Shown here: in pieces, positions 1 to 11,345 of the stretch
Position numbering within the stretch: position 1 is the first letter of the stretch
How the letters are laid out: every line of letters begins with the position of its first letter
Sequence record: CM069218.1
Reading direction: 5' to 3' (one strand)
Length of the DNA: 32,000 nucleotides
Position numbers and translations under genes: made by a program
Notes under the pieces: model-generated
The model's database searches: none
Told to the model about the DNA's origin: nothing
The model's input: the letters and a program-made list of their open reading frames with translations, nothing else

Positions 1-90
1 ATTGTCAAATTTTGTTATGTAGCAAAATATTGGATAGTTTAAATTATACTAGTTATTAAATCTAATTTATAAGAGAAATAACCAACCTAG

Positions 91-121
91 AAGAGGAAGT
101 ATAAGTATAGAGTATAAATAA
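91..121 (+). CDS. nad4L: NADH dehydrogenase subunit 4L, terminal exon only (about the last 10 codons); the sequence to its left looks like the 3' end of an intron running off the window
   Basis: The frame ending at TAA 119-121 reads ..[10 protein letters not shown]. This resembles my recollection of the nad4L C-terminus in related fungi. The stop overlaps the nad5 ATG (121-123) as TAATG, the classic nad4L/nad5 overlap of filamentous ascomycetes. The frame is closed at 50-52, so the rest of the gene must lie upstream across an intron. G at 90 fits a group I 3' end. Confidence 0.4.
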
Positions 122-368
122 TGTATTTAAGTATAATAATCTTACCTTTATTAGGATGTATAGTATCTGGCTTTTTAGGTAGAAAAGTTGGGGTTAAAGG
201 TGCACAACTAATTACATGTTCAAATGTAGTAATTACTACAATATTATCAATATTAGCTTTTATTGAAGTAGGTTTTAATAATATTCCTGTTACTATAAAT
301 TTATTTAGATGAATAGATAGTGAATGGTTTAATATCATTTGAGGTTTCCAATTTGATAGTTTAACAGT
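121..368 (+). CDS. nad5: NADH dehydrogenase subunit 5, exon 1
   Basis: ATG at 121. Table-4 translation is [24 protein letters not shown]...[24 protein letters not shown], a typical nad5 N-terminus with TGA at Trp positions. The protein continues at 2653. Confidence 0.9.
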
Positions 369-2652
369 TTATTTTGTGGGTCTGCTGTTTATACAGCAGA
401 CAGAAGCTGTGTTGGTTTTAATCCAACTGTATAAGAATATATATTTAAAAAATTATTTAATTGTATATTAGTTAGTTTAGCTTTGAAATCGCTTTGTATA
501 AATGATTTAGAGCTAGCGCCCAATAAAAATCAAAACTTTCATCTTTATTCCTTAACCATTCTCTGGTATTTATTAAAGGGAGAGTATATAGTTTAAGGCG
601 CAAGCCTCAAATAATGAATTATTTAACCCAGCAAACAGCTAAATTTTCTACCCTGAAAGAAGATGGTCGGGTGCGTAGCCCAAATTTTTAGAATGATTCG
701 TAGGATTTACCGATGCTGAAGGTAGTTTTAGTATAAACCCTATGCTTACTAAGGATGGATCGACTCTTTCTAAGGTTGGATTCATGTTTAAAATCGCTTT
801 GCATATAGACGATGAGAAGGTTTTAAGATATATTAGTGCTAAATTAGGTGTTGGAGGGTTCGTCTTTATAAAAATGAATGTATATTTAGTGTTACTGATA
901 AAAAGGTATACTATTATTAATATCGATATTTGATAAATATAATCTAAATACCTCAAAATACTTAGATTATTTAGATTTTAAACAAGCTTTTTTGGCTACC
1001 ATTTTAATGGTTGAAATAATAATTTAGATAGTGAAACCAGTTTTACTAGTGAGTCAATAAAAAATAAAATTATAGAACTAAAAATAAAATGAATACTAAT
1101 CGTATTAATTTTGATAGACCTGAAAGTTCTAAAATTATAATTACTAAATATTGACTACTAGGGTTTATAGAAGGGGATGGGTCTTTCTTTATAAGAAGAG
1201 ATAATTTAACACCTACTTTTTCTATCGAAAATACTGGGGTACAATTGCCTGTTTTACTTAAGATAAAAGAATTCTTAGAAAATTCTCTTGGTTTTGACAA
1301 ATATTCTTTATATAAAATAAAAAATTCATCTATTATATTACTAACTACAGTAAAAGCTAGATGCGTTAATGGTAAAAGTAGTGTATCTCTTATTATAAAT
1401 AACATAAATGTTCTATATAATTATTTAATACCTTTCTTTTCCGACGCTGAATTTTTAACTAAAAAAGGAAAAGATTTTAACGATTTTAAAATTATCAGTA
1501 AAGCTGTGTATATGGGAGCCCATAGGAAAGAAGAGATAAGATCTTTAATTTTAAAATTATCAAATACTATGAATAATTTTAGATTATCAACCTATAAAGG
1601 AATAATTGAATATTTAAATAAAGAGGAATTAAATATATTAACAACTGTAACATCTACAATTGAATATCTTATAGATGGAAGAGTCAGGGATAATATTACA
1701 AAAAATATTACCTAAACAGGTTAGTTGTATATACGAAATATAAAAAAATTATGGAGAAATTATATTAGCTAATTCTTTAACTGAAGCTGCTTCAATTGTA
1801 GGATTATATCCTGATACTTTAAGTAAATATTTAGATATTGAAATATTAAATCCTAAAGATGCTTTTATTGAAATTAAAAATTTAAAAATTAGAAGAGTAC
1901 GTGTACTCTTTAGGGATACAGAGCTTCCATACTTCGTTAGTAAATAGGGACTCCCCCCCCGTCTTTTAATTACTTTCATTACGGTATATGCCTACGAAGT
2001 CTGGGACTATAATTAAATAAAATCTTTTTATATATATATATATAATAACCCTTACAATAGCCACAATTAGCTAGCTTAACTATTTGAGCTGTGGGTTTTA
2101 CCGAGGTCAACATATCAATGGTATGTATGTGCACAAGCTCTTCTTGATGGTTTTCAGCTATTGTGGCGGCGCAAGCTCGCAAGGGGTATATAATGTTTAT
2201 TAATAAATCACTTTTAATCAAGAATATTATAAATGCGCAAGCTACAAATTAGACGAAGTACTAAAAATTTTTTTTTTCTTCGTGCTTCGCTAGAAAGGAT
2301 CTTAATATACAGAGTATATCATTAATAGGAATTGAGCAAGATTATAATCAAACAATTCTATACTTATACAAAAGTGGTGAAAACGGTTAAGGAGGATATA
2401 CTTTAAGACCGTCGGCAGTTATAAATGTCGCTACAGACTGGTTCACCGGGGTTAGGCTGAAATGTCTGTCCAAATGTACAGTCGGATCCTAGAACGAATG
2501 TGATATCGTAGAGAGTAAATATTTATCGAAAAACACTACACATAGTGGATAGCCTTACCGCAAAGGTAATAAACTCTTAAGTAGGTAAACTACTCTTAAT
2601 GTCTATTGCTCTTATGACAGAGTTGACATCAAGGTCAGGTTAACTAGGATTG
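369..2652 (+). mobile_element. group I intron nad5-i1
   Basis: It interrupts the conserved nad5 sequence ..FDSLTV|SMLIPVL... The 5' exon ends in T and the intron ends in G. It contains a LAGLIDADG ORF relic and a structured 3' part (2400-2650). Confidence 0.75.
679..1925 (+). pseudogene. double-motif LAGLIDADG homing endonuclease, decayed by several frameshifts and stops
   Basis: Motif 1 is PKFLEWFVGFTDAEGSFSI (from 679). Further fragments are ..SIFDKYNLNTSKYLDYLDFKQAF (about 930-1000, other frame) and motif 2 ITKYWLLGFIEGDGSFFIRR (about 1140-1200). The C-terminal part runs to about 1715, followed by a shifted DNA-binding-like tail ..LANSLTEAASIVGLYPDTLSKYL (1760-1850). A stop at 676-678 precedes motif 1. 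Confidence 0.8.
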
Positions 2653-2728
2653 TTCAATGTTAATTCCTGTATTGATAATAAGTTCTTTAGTTCACATATA
2701 TTCAATTTCGTACATGAGTAGTGATCCT
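2653..2728 (+). CDS. nad5: NADH dehydrogenase subunit 5, exon 2 (25 codons)
   Basis: It encodes (V)SMLIPVLIISSLVHIYSISYMSSDP, contiguous with exon 1 and with [12 protein letters not shown] at 4183. The frame is conserved. Confidence 0.85.
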
Positions 2729-4182
2729 CGAGGTAGCGTGGAGGAATATACGCTTCTATGGGGGTAAACTGTCAAATTCCGGGGAACTCCTAAAGCTTAA
2801 GGTACCAAGCTGTATTTGAAAAATTATCAGTGGCTGAGGTAATTGCTCAGGTATGGTAACAAGCCTTAAGATATGTGAAAACAAAATGGACAATCGCGGA
2901 TCTAAGTCAACAAAACTAAAAGTTAATGTTGTAAAAGAGCAACGAGTAAACGGCAGTTGATCAGCTAAGTCTAACTTAACTAATTTAAGATGTACTCTAA
3001 CAGGTTTTGAAAAGAATCGTGGTATAAATCACGGCTTCAACCGTCAAATGAGTTGAAGTTCACGTGTTAAAATCCCATCTAAGCAATTCCGTCTCAGCTC
3101 CGTCGTTTTTATTCATGGTACTTCTAAATTGACTTCGGTGAATCCTGGAGTTTGGTCTGGTTTAATAGACGGAGAAGGTTCTTTTTCAATAATCTTAGTT
3201 AAAAATTCAACACGTAAATTAGGTTGACGTATTGAACCAAAATTTCAACTTGGTTTACATAAAAAGATTATGATGTATTATTACAGTTACAGCTTTTTTT
3301 TTAGGTGGTGCCGGTGGTATCTATTCAGCTCGGAATGGTGAGTTTGTTAACTACATAATTAGTTCTATTAAAGATTTAAATAAACTTGTTGTTCATTTAG
3401 AACATTATCCATTGTTAACTCAAAAATCCGTGGATTTCTTTTTCTTTAAACAAATAATAGATTTAATTAATAATAAAGCTCATTTTACTGTTGAAGGTTT
3501 AAATAAAATAGTAAATCTAAAAGCATCTATGAATTTAGGTTTATCCGATAAGTTAAAATTAGAGTTTCCTGGATATCAAGTCATGGAAAGACCTATTTTT
3601 AATTGTATCGAAGTAGCTGCAAATATAAGTCCTTCTTGGATTTCTGGTTTTGTTAGTGCTGAAGGGAACTTTGATGTTCGTACACCTAAAACAAATAGTA
3701 AAACGGGTTATAGAGTTCAGTTAAGATTTAGGATAACCCAGCATGTTAGGGATATCATATTAATGGAAAAATTAGTTCAATATTTAGGAGGAGGAAAAGT
3801 ATATAAATATACTAGATCTGGTGTTCATTTAAGTATAGTTGATTTCTCCTTAATCACTAATAGAATAATTCCTATATTTAAAGAAAATCCTTTAGTTGGT
3901 GTAAAATCTAAGGATTTTGAAAACTGATGTAAAATACATGAATTAATGGTTAATCGTTCACACTTAACTATTAAAGGTATGAACTTTATACAAGAAATTA
4001 AATTGGGTATGAATAGAGGTAGAAGTATTGAGACAGAGTAAGAAGGTAAGATTAATTAATTTCAAGATTACGTCACTTCATCTATATGAAGAATTTGCTT
4101 TAAGACCCTCGATGTAACCGGCGCCATTCAAAAAGTAAACTAGTATAAAATGAGACAAATTGTATGATAAATTTAACAAAAG
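2729..4182 (+). mobile_element. group I intron nad5-i2
   Basis: It lies between ..YMSSDP and HNQRFF... There is T before the 5' splice site and G at 4182. It contains a LAGLIDADG ORF. Confidence 0.75.
2853..4041 (+). CDS. double-motif LAGLIDADG homing endonuclease; intact except for an apparent frame change at homopolymer runs 3261-3265 (A5) and 3294-3302 (T9)
   Basis: The N-terminal extension ..ENKMDNRGSKS..VKEQRVNGSW..LRCTLTGFEKN..KIPSKQ is typical of fungal mt intron ORFs. Motif 1 is VWSGLIDGEGSFSI (about 3150) and motif 2 is ISGFVSAEGNFDV (about 3645). The reading frame changes between 3260 and 3305. The ORF ends at TAA 4039-4041. Confidence 0.75.
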
Positions 4183-4428
4183 CATAATCAAAGGTTTTTT
4201 AGTTATTTAAGCTTATTTACATTTATGATGATAATACTTGTAACAGCTAATAATTATTTATTAATGTTTGTAGGATGAGAAGGTGTAGGAGTTTGTTCAT
4301 ATCTATTAGTTAGTTTTTGATTTACTAGAATAGCAGCTAATCAAAGTTCTATATCTGCCTTCTTAGCTAATAGAGTAGGGGATTGTTTTTTAACAATTGG
4401 TATGTTTGCTATATTATGATCTTTAGGT
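4183..4428 (+). CDS. nad5: NADH dehydrogenase subunit 5, exon 3
   Basis: [82 protein letters not shown] is highly conserved nad5 core sequence. Confidence 0.9.
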
Positions 4429-5449
4429 AATAATCAAATTTTTAAATTGGTCCTCGCTATAATGAGGATAGTTAATAATTATACTAGCATTTCTTTTACA
4501 TGTAACTATATACACAAAAATTCTCATAGAAACTCTAGTTCAAGAATACATACATATAAATCACACTATTGCATTAACCGGGGTCAAACTAGACAGTATT
4601 CTAATCTTGGTCCTTATTTAGCTGGTTTAATTGAAGGGGATGGTCACATAGCAGTACAAGATCTAGACACAAAAAAGTAGTTCACAGACCAAAAATAATT
4701 ATTGCATTTAATAAACATGATAAACCTTTAGCTGAGAAATTGTACTAAATTAAATGTTGGTAAAGTGATTGATAGATCAGAGACTGGTCATGTATTATTA
4801 CAAATTTTAGCTAAAAATGAAGTTTTAAAAATAATAAATTTAATAAATGGTCACATGAGAACTCCTAAAATAGAAGCACTACATAGAGCTATTAATTGAA
4901 TAAATAAAAAAAAGATAATAGTTCTATAGCTTGCTTAGGGTTAGATACATCTCCTTTAAATAGTAACGCTTGATTGGCTGGATTCTCAGACGCGGACGGA
5001 TGCTTTAGTATAACTACGTATGATCGTAAAAAAATGGAGTATTTTTAAGAACTAGTGTTCAAACTTATTTTCGTATAGAAGTAAAACAAGATTATTCTAG
5101 AGAAGTTGCACTAGAACAAGGGGGATCTAGCTTTTTCCCTATTATGAGTGAAATATCGCATTTTTTAACTGTAAACCTTTATACTAGAACTAGAAAAACT
5201 AAAGATAAAGTCTTTTATGCTTTCGCTGTTGTAGCTCATAATTCTAGAAGCCATGAAATATTACATGAATATTTCTCTAAATTTCCTTTGTATTCCTCTA
5301 AATTCTTAGCTTATAAAGATTGATGTCTTGTTCAAACACTACATAAAGGATCTTTAACCAAAGAGAATCTAGAAAAGATAAAAGAAATAAAAAGCCAGTT
5401 CAATAGTAAAAGAACAGTATTTGATTTTTCACATTTAAATAATTTTTAA
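4429..5449 (+). pseudogene. LAGLIDADG homing endonuclease ORF, in frame with nad5 exon 3 but broken by at least four frameshifts
   Basis: Motif 1 is LGPYLAGLIEGDGHIAV (about 4605-4655) and motif 2 is WLAGFSDADGCFSI (about 4970-5010). Frame changes lie at 4671-4676 (A6), about 4745, about 4903-4912 (A run) and about 5028-5045 (A7/T5). The C-terminal part ..HEYFSKFPLYSSKFLAYKDW.. ends at TAA 5447-5449. Confidence 0.8.
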
Positions 5450-5993
5450 TAAATTGCCGTGGGAGGTAGTAATATCTCTCTTATTATATAACTATATGCA
5501 GGAAACCCCTAAAGTCTTTTTATAGATTTTTTGGAAACTTTGTTATAAAGCGTACAAGAAACTTAATTATTAAAAAGAATAGATTTTTTTCAAGCGCAAG
5601 CTCTAATTATACTAAATATTTTTATTTTTTATTTTATCCTTTACATATATTAGATATGTAATAGTTGAGGGTTGGAGGTGGGAAAGAATAAAATATAGAT
5701 ATATTGAATGTTTAGATTGTATTTATTTAGCTTTATATAAACTTATTGTTTATGTAATGTCAAACATTAAGTGCCTGCTTCGCGAGAAAAAATGAAAATG
5801 GACAATCTGCAGGAAACTGGATAATTAAGTATATTTATTTAGGATCCTCAGAGACTACACGTTATACTCCTTTTATAACACCTATAAGTAGAGTGCGGGT
5901 GCTATTTATGTATAAGTATAAATTATATTAACTTATATAACAAAGGATGAAGAGATAGTCCAATTTATAATTGAAAGGTTATAATAAAATTTG
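4429..5993 (+). mobile_element. group I intron nad5-i3
   Basis: It lies between ..WSLG and [13 protein letters not shown]... The boundary was slid so that the 5' exon ends in T and the intron ends in G (the AAT codon is present on both sides). GGATCCTCAGAGACTACACG (about 5840-5862) resembles a group I core element. Confidence 0.7.
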
Positions 5994-6095
5994 AATTTAG
6001 ATTATAGTACAGTATTTTCATTAGCCCCTTATATTAACAGTAAAGTAGTTCTTATTATAGGTATATGTTTATTAATTGGTGCTATGGCTAAAAGT
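5994..6095 (+). CDS. nad5: NADH dehydrogenase subunit 5, exon 4 (34 codons)
   Basis: It encodes [34 protein letters not shown] and is followed directly by GTGCG. Confidence 0.85.
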
Positions 6096-6386
6096 GTGCG
6101 CTGATGAGCTTTATTTTGAAATGGAGATATAATCTCTAAACATTGGTCAAATATGTTTCTGACTACGAAATTAGGTGGCGGGGAAATCCCAAAGTTGAAC
6201 ATAGCATTTTCGCATAATGAAGAGATTAGATCCAATCATGGGGATCGATTAGCTCTTCTAGTCAAGTTTTCTATGATTAAGACTATACTGTTTGAAGTTC
6301 ATCTACCAGTTGTCTCAAGCCATGGACTTCAGCGTGCCTGAGATAGGCTGAATGCGGCAAACCTTTTTCTTGAACTTTTGGATAGG

Positions 6387-8435
6387 GTTATGGCCTGTCC
6401 GCAAACGAATTGCATAAACAATTTCAAGGTAGAGAGTGAACAATCTAAGGAAAACAAAATTCAAAATATATGAAGATCAGGATTACCTAAGACTAGAAAT
6501 AGTTATGGTAACAGAAGAGTAGTATTACCCTTTGTATATTATAACAATATATATTGTCCTTTAAAAAAGGGGATAAGGGGAAGAACTCTAGATTTTAATT
6601 TTAGATTGCTATCCACTAGTGCTGGGAGCCCAGTACAGATAAAATCTAACACTAATGATAAGCTTCTAAAGCTAGCTAAGCATTGTAAAAAGAATTTTAA
6701 TGGTCAAATCCAAATGGACAAATTATACCGATTAATGTATGATTCAGCACTGTATGAATTGGCATATAAAAAGCTAGGCGCTAGCTCTGGGCGCAAACTC
6801 GGCGCAAGCTCTGGAGGGAATATAAATCAGGCGGGTATTAATATTAAACCCCTTGACCATAACCACTACCCTTTAGTAGGATCCGCAGAGATGTTATCTG
6901 AAGTAATTGAAGGAATTATTGCTGAGTTGAAAGATAGTAGGTTTAGATTTGAAGGAAAAAAGGTAAAAACCCTAGTAAGTAGACCTCTTACTACTTTTAG
7001 AAATAAACTGGTACAAGAGGTAATGAGAATGATTTTAGAAGTTATATTCGAACCAACTTTCTCTGAACACAACCATGGGTTTAGGCCAGGAAGGGGGTGT
7101 CATTCGGCTTTGAAAGAAATTAAGGCGCAAGCTATAAATTTTGGAGTATCAACCTGATATTTTGAAGGAGATATTTCTAAATACTTAGTTACTTGTGCTG
7201 ACGAAGTTATGCATGCAAGCTCCTCTTTTGTTACTTCGAGACGTGGCGGTGACGGTGGCGGCAAAGCCGCAGCAGCAGCCGCGCTCGTAAGTTCTCAAAT
7301 AGAAAGAGTCTTAATGAATATAATTGAAAATAAAATTAAAGACCGTAGGTTTACAGATTTAATATGAAAAGCTTTAAAAGCTGGATATTTTGAATTTAAA
7401 ATATTCAAAGATTCAAATACAGGTACTACTCAAGGTGATATACTTAGCCCTATTTTAAGTAACATTTATTTAAATGAATTAGATAGATTTATTAGTAAGT
7501 TAAAATTAGAGTACGATAAAGGAATTAAACCTAAAGTAAATCCTTATTATAACAAACTTTGTAATATGAAGAATAAAACTCTTGATGTACAAACTAGGAT
7601 CCGTATCCATAAGTTACACTTGAAGACTCCTTATTATAAAACACTAGATCCTAGTTTCAAGAAATTAGTATATGTAAGATATGCTAATGTTTGGGTTATA
7701 GGTGTTAGAGGATCCAAAGAGGATTGTAACATTCTATTAGAAAAAATAGAAATATTTTTTAAAGATAAATTAAATATTGGGGGCGCAAGCTCTCGCGCAA
7801 GCTCGAGTTTTGAGCTTGTGCCTAAAACCCTATCTAGTATAACTAATGCTAAAAAGGTCTTATTCTTGGATACGGTAATATTCAGTAGCTGACACAGAAA
7901 ACATCAATCTTTGACTTCCAGTTCATCTGGGTTCATGCTAAGAAATGGTAGAGAAATTAGACTTGAAGCACCTAAACAAATAATACTACAAAAACTAAAT
8001 GAAGCCGGTTTTATAACTAATGGGAAACCATCTCCTAAATTACTATGACAACATTATAATAAGGACACAATAATAACATTATATAATTCTGTATATAGGT
8101 ATATTAATTATTATAGTTTTGCTGAAAATATTTCCAAAATTTCTTCATGACTTCACTTTATATTAAAAACTTCTTGTGTGAAATTATTGGCATCCAAATT
8201 TAAATTAGGAACTATATGTAAAACTTATTTTAAATTTGGAAAAGATTTAAAAGGAGATAATAAAATCGGTTTTGTGGATGCGATGGCTTATGGAATAAAT
8301 ATTTGAGACTTTAAGATATCAACTAAAGGTATAATTCAAATCCTATATGCTGGAACAAAAACCTCTAGAGGCGGAGCCGCGAAGCCGCTAAGGAGCAAAG
8401 CCGCGAAGCCACAAAGCCGCCGCACTAAAATTTAA
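6387..8435 (+). CDS. group II intron reverse-transcriptase/maturase-like ORF (open from 6387; start codon uncertain)
   Basis: One continuous table-4 frame joins track ORFs 6606-7157 and 7566-7892 through TGA=Trp. Recognisable elements are the N-terminal ..LPKTRNSYGNRRVVLP, the RT blocks ..LVQEVMRMILEVIFEPTFSEHNHGFRPGRGCHSAL.. and WYFEGDISK, then GTTQGDILSPILSNIYLNELD and RYANVWVIG. Domain X reads ITLYNSVYRYINYYSFAENISKISSWLHFILKTSCVKLLASKFKL. Stop is TAA 8433-8435. Confidence 0.85.
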
Positions 8436-8639
8436 TAAAATTAATGGATTAATGGTTAAAATAGTGCTTTCGAGGAGGCTACGTATACGAAGTATGCTTT
8501 ATATATAGCGCTATATATAGCGCAAGCTCCTCCTCGACATACTTTGTCAGTATGTATGTATGTCAGCACTAATATTATTATAACCAGACAGTAATACCAC
8601 TATATATATAATGCAAACGCTTAGTATATTAAAATTGGA

Positions 8640-8673
8640 GAGCCGTATGATGGGAAACTATCACGTACGGTTC
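8640..8673 (+). ncRNA. group II intron domain V
   Basis: GAGCCGTATGATGGGAAACTATCACGTACGGTTC matches the domain V consensus (GAGCCGUAU...GAAA-type loop...ACGUACGGUUC). Confidence 0.9.
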
Positions 8674-8719
8674 GGGAAAAGGTATATATACTGATAAGAG
8701 GTATACGTATCTAGTTCAT

Positions 8720-9997
8720 TCTCAAGTAGGTTTACATGTATGATTACCTATGGCGATGGAAGGTCCTACTCCTGTGTCAGCATTAATACATGCAGCTACT
8801 ATGGTAACTGCAGGTGTATATTTACTAATGCGTAGTTCACCATTAATTGAATATAATAGTACAGTTTTATTATTATGTTTATGATTAGGTGCGATAACTA
8901 CTGTATTTAGTTCTCTTATAGGTCTGTTCCAACAAGATATAAAAAAAGTTATAGCTTATTCCACAATGAGTCAATTGGGAATGATGGTTATAGCTATAGG
9001 TTTATCATCTTACAATGTAGCTTTATTCCACTTAATAAATCATGCATTTTATAAAGCGCTATTGTTTTTAGGAGCAGGTAGTGTTATACACGCTGTAGCT
9101 GATAACCAAGATTTTAGAAAGTATGGTGGATTAATAAATTTTCTACCTTTAACATACTCTGTTATGTTAATAGCGAGTTTAAGTTTAGTTTTCCCTTTCA
9201 TGACAGGTTTTTATAGTAAAGATTTTATTTTAGAATCTGCTTATGGACAATTTAGTTTTTCAGGTGTAGCTGTATATATAATAGCTACTATAGGTGCAAT
9301 ATTTACAACGCTATATTCTGTTAAAGTTTTATACTTAACTTTTATTTCTACACCTAGCGCACCTTTACATACTTATAAAGGTGCTCATGAAGGTGATTTA
9401 TTCCTTACTTTACCCTTAATAATTTTAGCTATATTTTCTATATTTTTCGGATTTTTTACTAAAGATATATTCATTGGCCTTGGTTCTAGCTTCTTTGCTG
9501 ATAATAGTTTATTTATTCACCCAACTCATGAAATCACTATCGATACTGAATTTGGAGTTCCTGTATTTTGAAAATTACTTCCTTTTGTATTTACAGTTTC
9601 ATTTAGTATTGTAAGTTTAGTGTTATCTGAGTATTTACCAGAATTAGTAATAAAATTTAAATTAAGTAGATTAGGTTATAATATTTTTGGTTTCTTCAAT
9701 CAACGTTTTTTGATTGAATTATTTTATAATAAATATATTACAAATTTAATTTTAGATTTAGGGGGACAAATGACTAAGATATTAGATAAAGGTAGTATAG
9801 AACTATTTGGGCCTTTTGGCTTAGAAAAAGGGTTAGTTAATTTTAGTAAAAATATATCATCTCTAAGTACAAGTCATGTAACGACTTATGCATTATATAT
9901 CTTAGTAGCTTTTATTTTATATTTACTTTATAATTATTTATCTTTTAATTTTTTACCATTTCTTATAGCTGGACTCACTATACTAACAACGATATAA
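8720..9997 (+). CDS. nad5: NADH dehydrogenase subunit 5, exon 5
   Basis: [45 protein letters not shown]...[43 protein letters not shown]... lies in a single frame through the TGA codons. Stop is TAA 9995-9997. All five exons sum to 650 codons. Confidence 0.92.
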
Positions 9998-10308
9998 TGT
10001 TCTTATTTTTTTTTTTTTTTATGTATTTTTTAGGCCTAAACTCTATTTTTAGAGTAAGTGACACAAGCTCTAAAAGTATTAGAGGGCGCGAGCTCGAAAT
10101 AATATTATACGATAAGAGTCCAGCTAGACCTTACCTATTTGTTAGTAGTTCATCTTTACAGTCTAGTATTATTCCTAAAATTTACCTTCCTAAATTTTTT
10201 AGAATTTTTGTTAAAAGGTTAATATTTATGTTACTAATTCTACCTTTAATTATAATATCCAAAGCTATATATTTTTGTTGACGCACAGATACATGAACTC
10301 ATATATAA
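9997..10308 (+). CDS. orphan ORF (103 codons), hydrophobic at both ends; function unknown
   Basis: ATG 9997-9999 overlaps the nad5 stop as TAATG. The table-4 frame runs to TAA 10306-10308. It contains a GC element (10082-10095). I recognise no similarity to any family. Confidence 0.3.
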
Positions 10309-10345
10309 TTTATTCAACAATTTACAAGCTCAATACCTTCTTCTG

Positions 10346-10684
10346 ATGCACAGCAGCCTAAAAATCCTGAACGGGGGTGAAGCTTCTTCTGCTTGGCAAC
10401 CTAAAAAGCTTGGAGGTAGCGCCCCCCATAAAGGAGTTATAACTCAGTCAGATTTTGAATGAGAATCTGAATCAGAAGCTGACTATAAATCAGATTCTGA
10501 CCATGATGAGTCAGAAGTAAGTAAATTTATTTACAGTCCTACGTTTAAGGAACGTGTTAATAAAGCCACTAAGGAAGAGCTAGTTGAAGCTCTAAATGTA
10601 ATAGAGTTTTCAATAAAATCTTATGAAAATCATAAAGAAGTACCTGCATATAAAGAACAAATTAGTAAACTGATTGAAAAATAA
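10346..10684 (+). CDS. orphan ORF (112 codons), hydrophilic and acidic; function unknown
   Basis: It starts at ATG 10346; the frame is open from 10256. The product is MHSSLKILNGGEASSAWQPKKLGGSAPHKGVITQSDFEWESESEADYKSDSDHDESEVSKFIYSPTFKERVNKATKEELVEALNVIEFSIKSYENHKEVPAYKEQISKLIEK*. It is missed by the standard-code track because of an internal TGA. Confidence 0.35.
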
Positions 10685-11345
10685 AATATATGTAAATCAG
10701 CTTTAGAAAATATTGAGCAGGTTAAATTTTTAGAAGAAGAAAATAGTAAAGGTAAAGGTAAGGATAATTAAATTTAATGCGTATGTACATACGTACGGCG
10801 CCGTCGTACTACGAACCATAGCTATTTAAGTAATGATTTTTTAGTAAGTGAATCAAGCAAGCATACTTCGTACACCAGGACTTGCCTGGCTAAGCCAGGC
10901 AAGTCCAATAAGCCCGGCAAGCTGTATATAATATATAATAATAAAGGGTAAATCTTATTGCTATATAATCATTTTATGATTATATAACAAAGTGATTATT
11001 ATTATAAAAAAAATGTAGAGGATAAGGATTTAATTTATACACGAACTCTTAATATAAAGTCAGTACGTCTATTACCACTAAAGTGCAGGCTGTTATATTT
11101 ATACTAAGATGTCTGTTTAGAATCCAAATCTTATGTAGATTTGCTGCTTGCGCCGGGCTGGCTGGCTGGTGGCTACGCCGCATCAGCAGCAGAAGTAGGC
11201 GCGACCAGGCTACGCGTGTACGACGGCGCATGTCTGTATGCTTGCTGTTATTTTTTTTTAGATTCTATATAACATGTATAATGATATAATATAATATTAT
11301 ATAATAATATTTCAATATAGAATAAATTGTATTTTATTATTTTTT

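Larger units (their letters stand above)
6096..8719 (+). mobile_element. group II intron nad5-i4
   Basis: The 5' end is GTGCG (6096-6100). A canonical 34-nt domain V lies at 8640-8673, followed by a domain VI-like hairpin. The 3' end is ..AT at 8719. It has an internal RT/maturase ORF. The flanking exons join to give AMAKS|[18 protein letters not shown]. Confidence 0.9.

Noticed and set aside
87-338. Minus-strand ORF (83 aa) from the track.
   Set aside because: It is antisense to nad5 exon 1, whose + strand translation is clearly conserved. It is low-complexity and AT-driven. The same reasoning rejects the minus-strand ORFs at 648-956, 1070-1405, 1749-2221, 6029-6235, 6866-7072, 23393-23821, 24066-24308, 25853-26137 and 28477-28788, which are antisense to intron ORFs or rRNA.
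11049-11289. ORFs on both strands in the GC-rich nad5-cox2 spacer. The same issue applies to 13397-13624 and 16111-16320.
   Set aside because: Their open frames are created by GC-rich repeat elements, which lack AT-rich stop codons. They have Arg/Ala/Cys-rich low-complexity translations and no start context.
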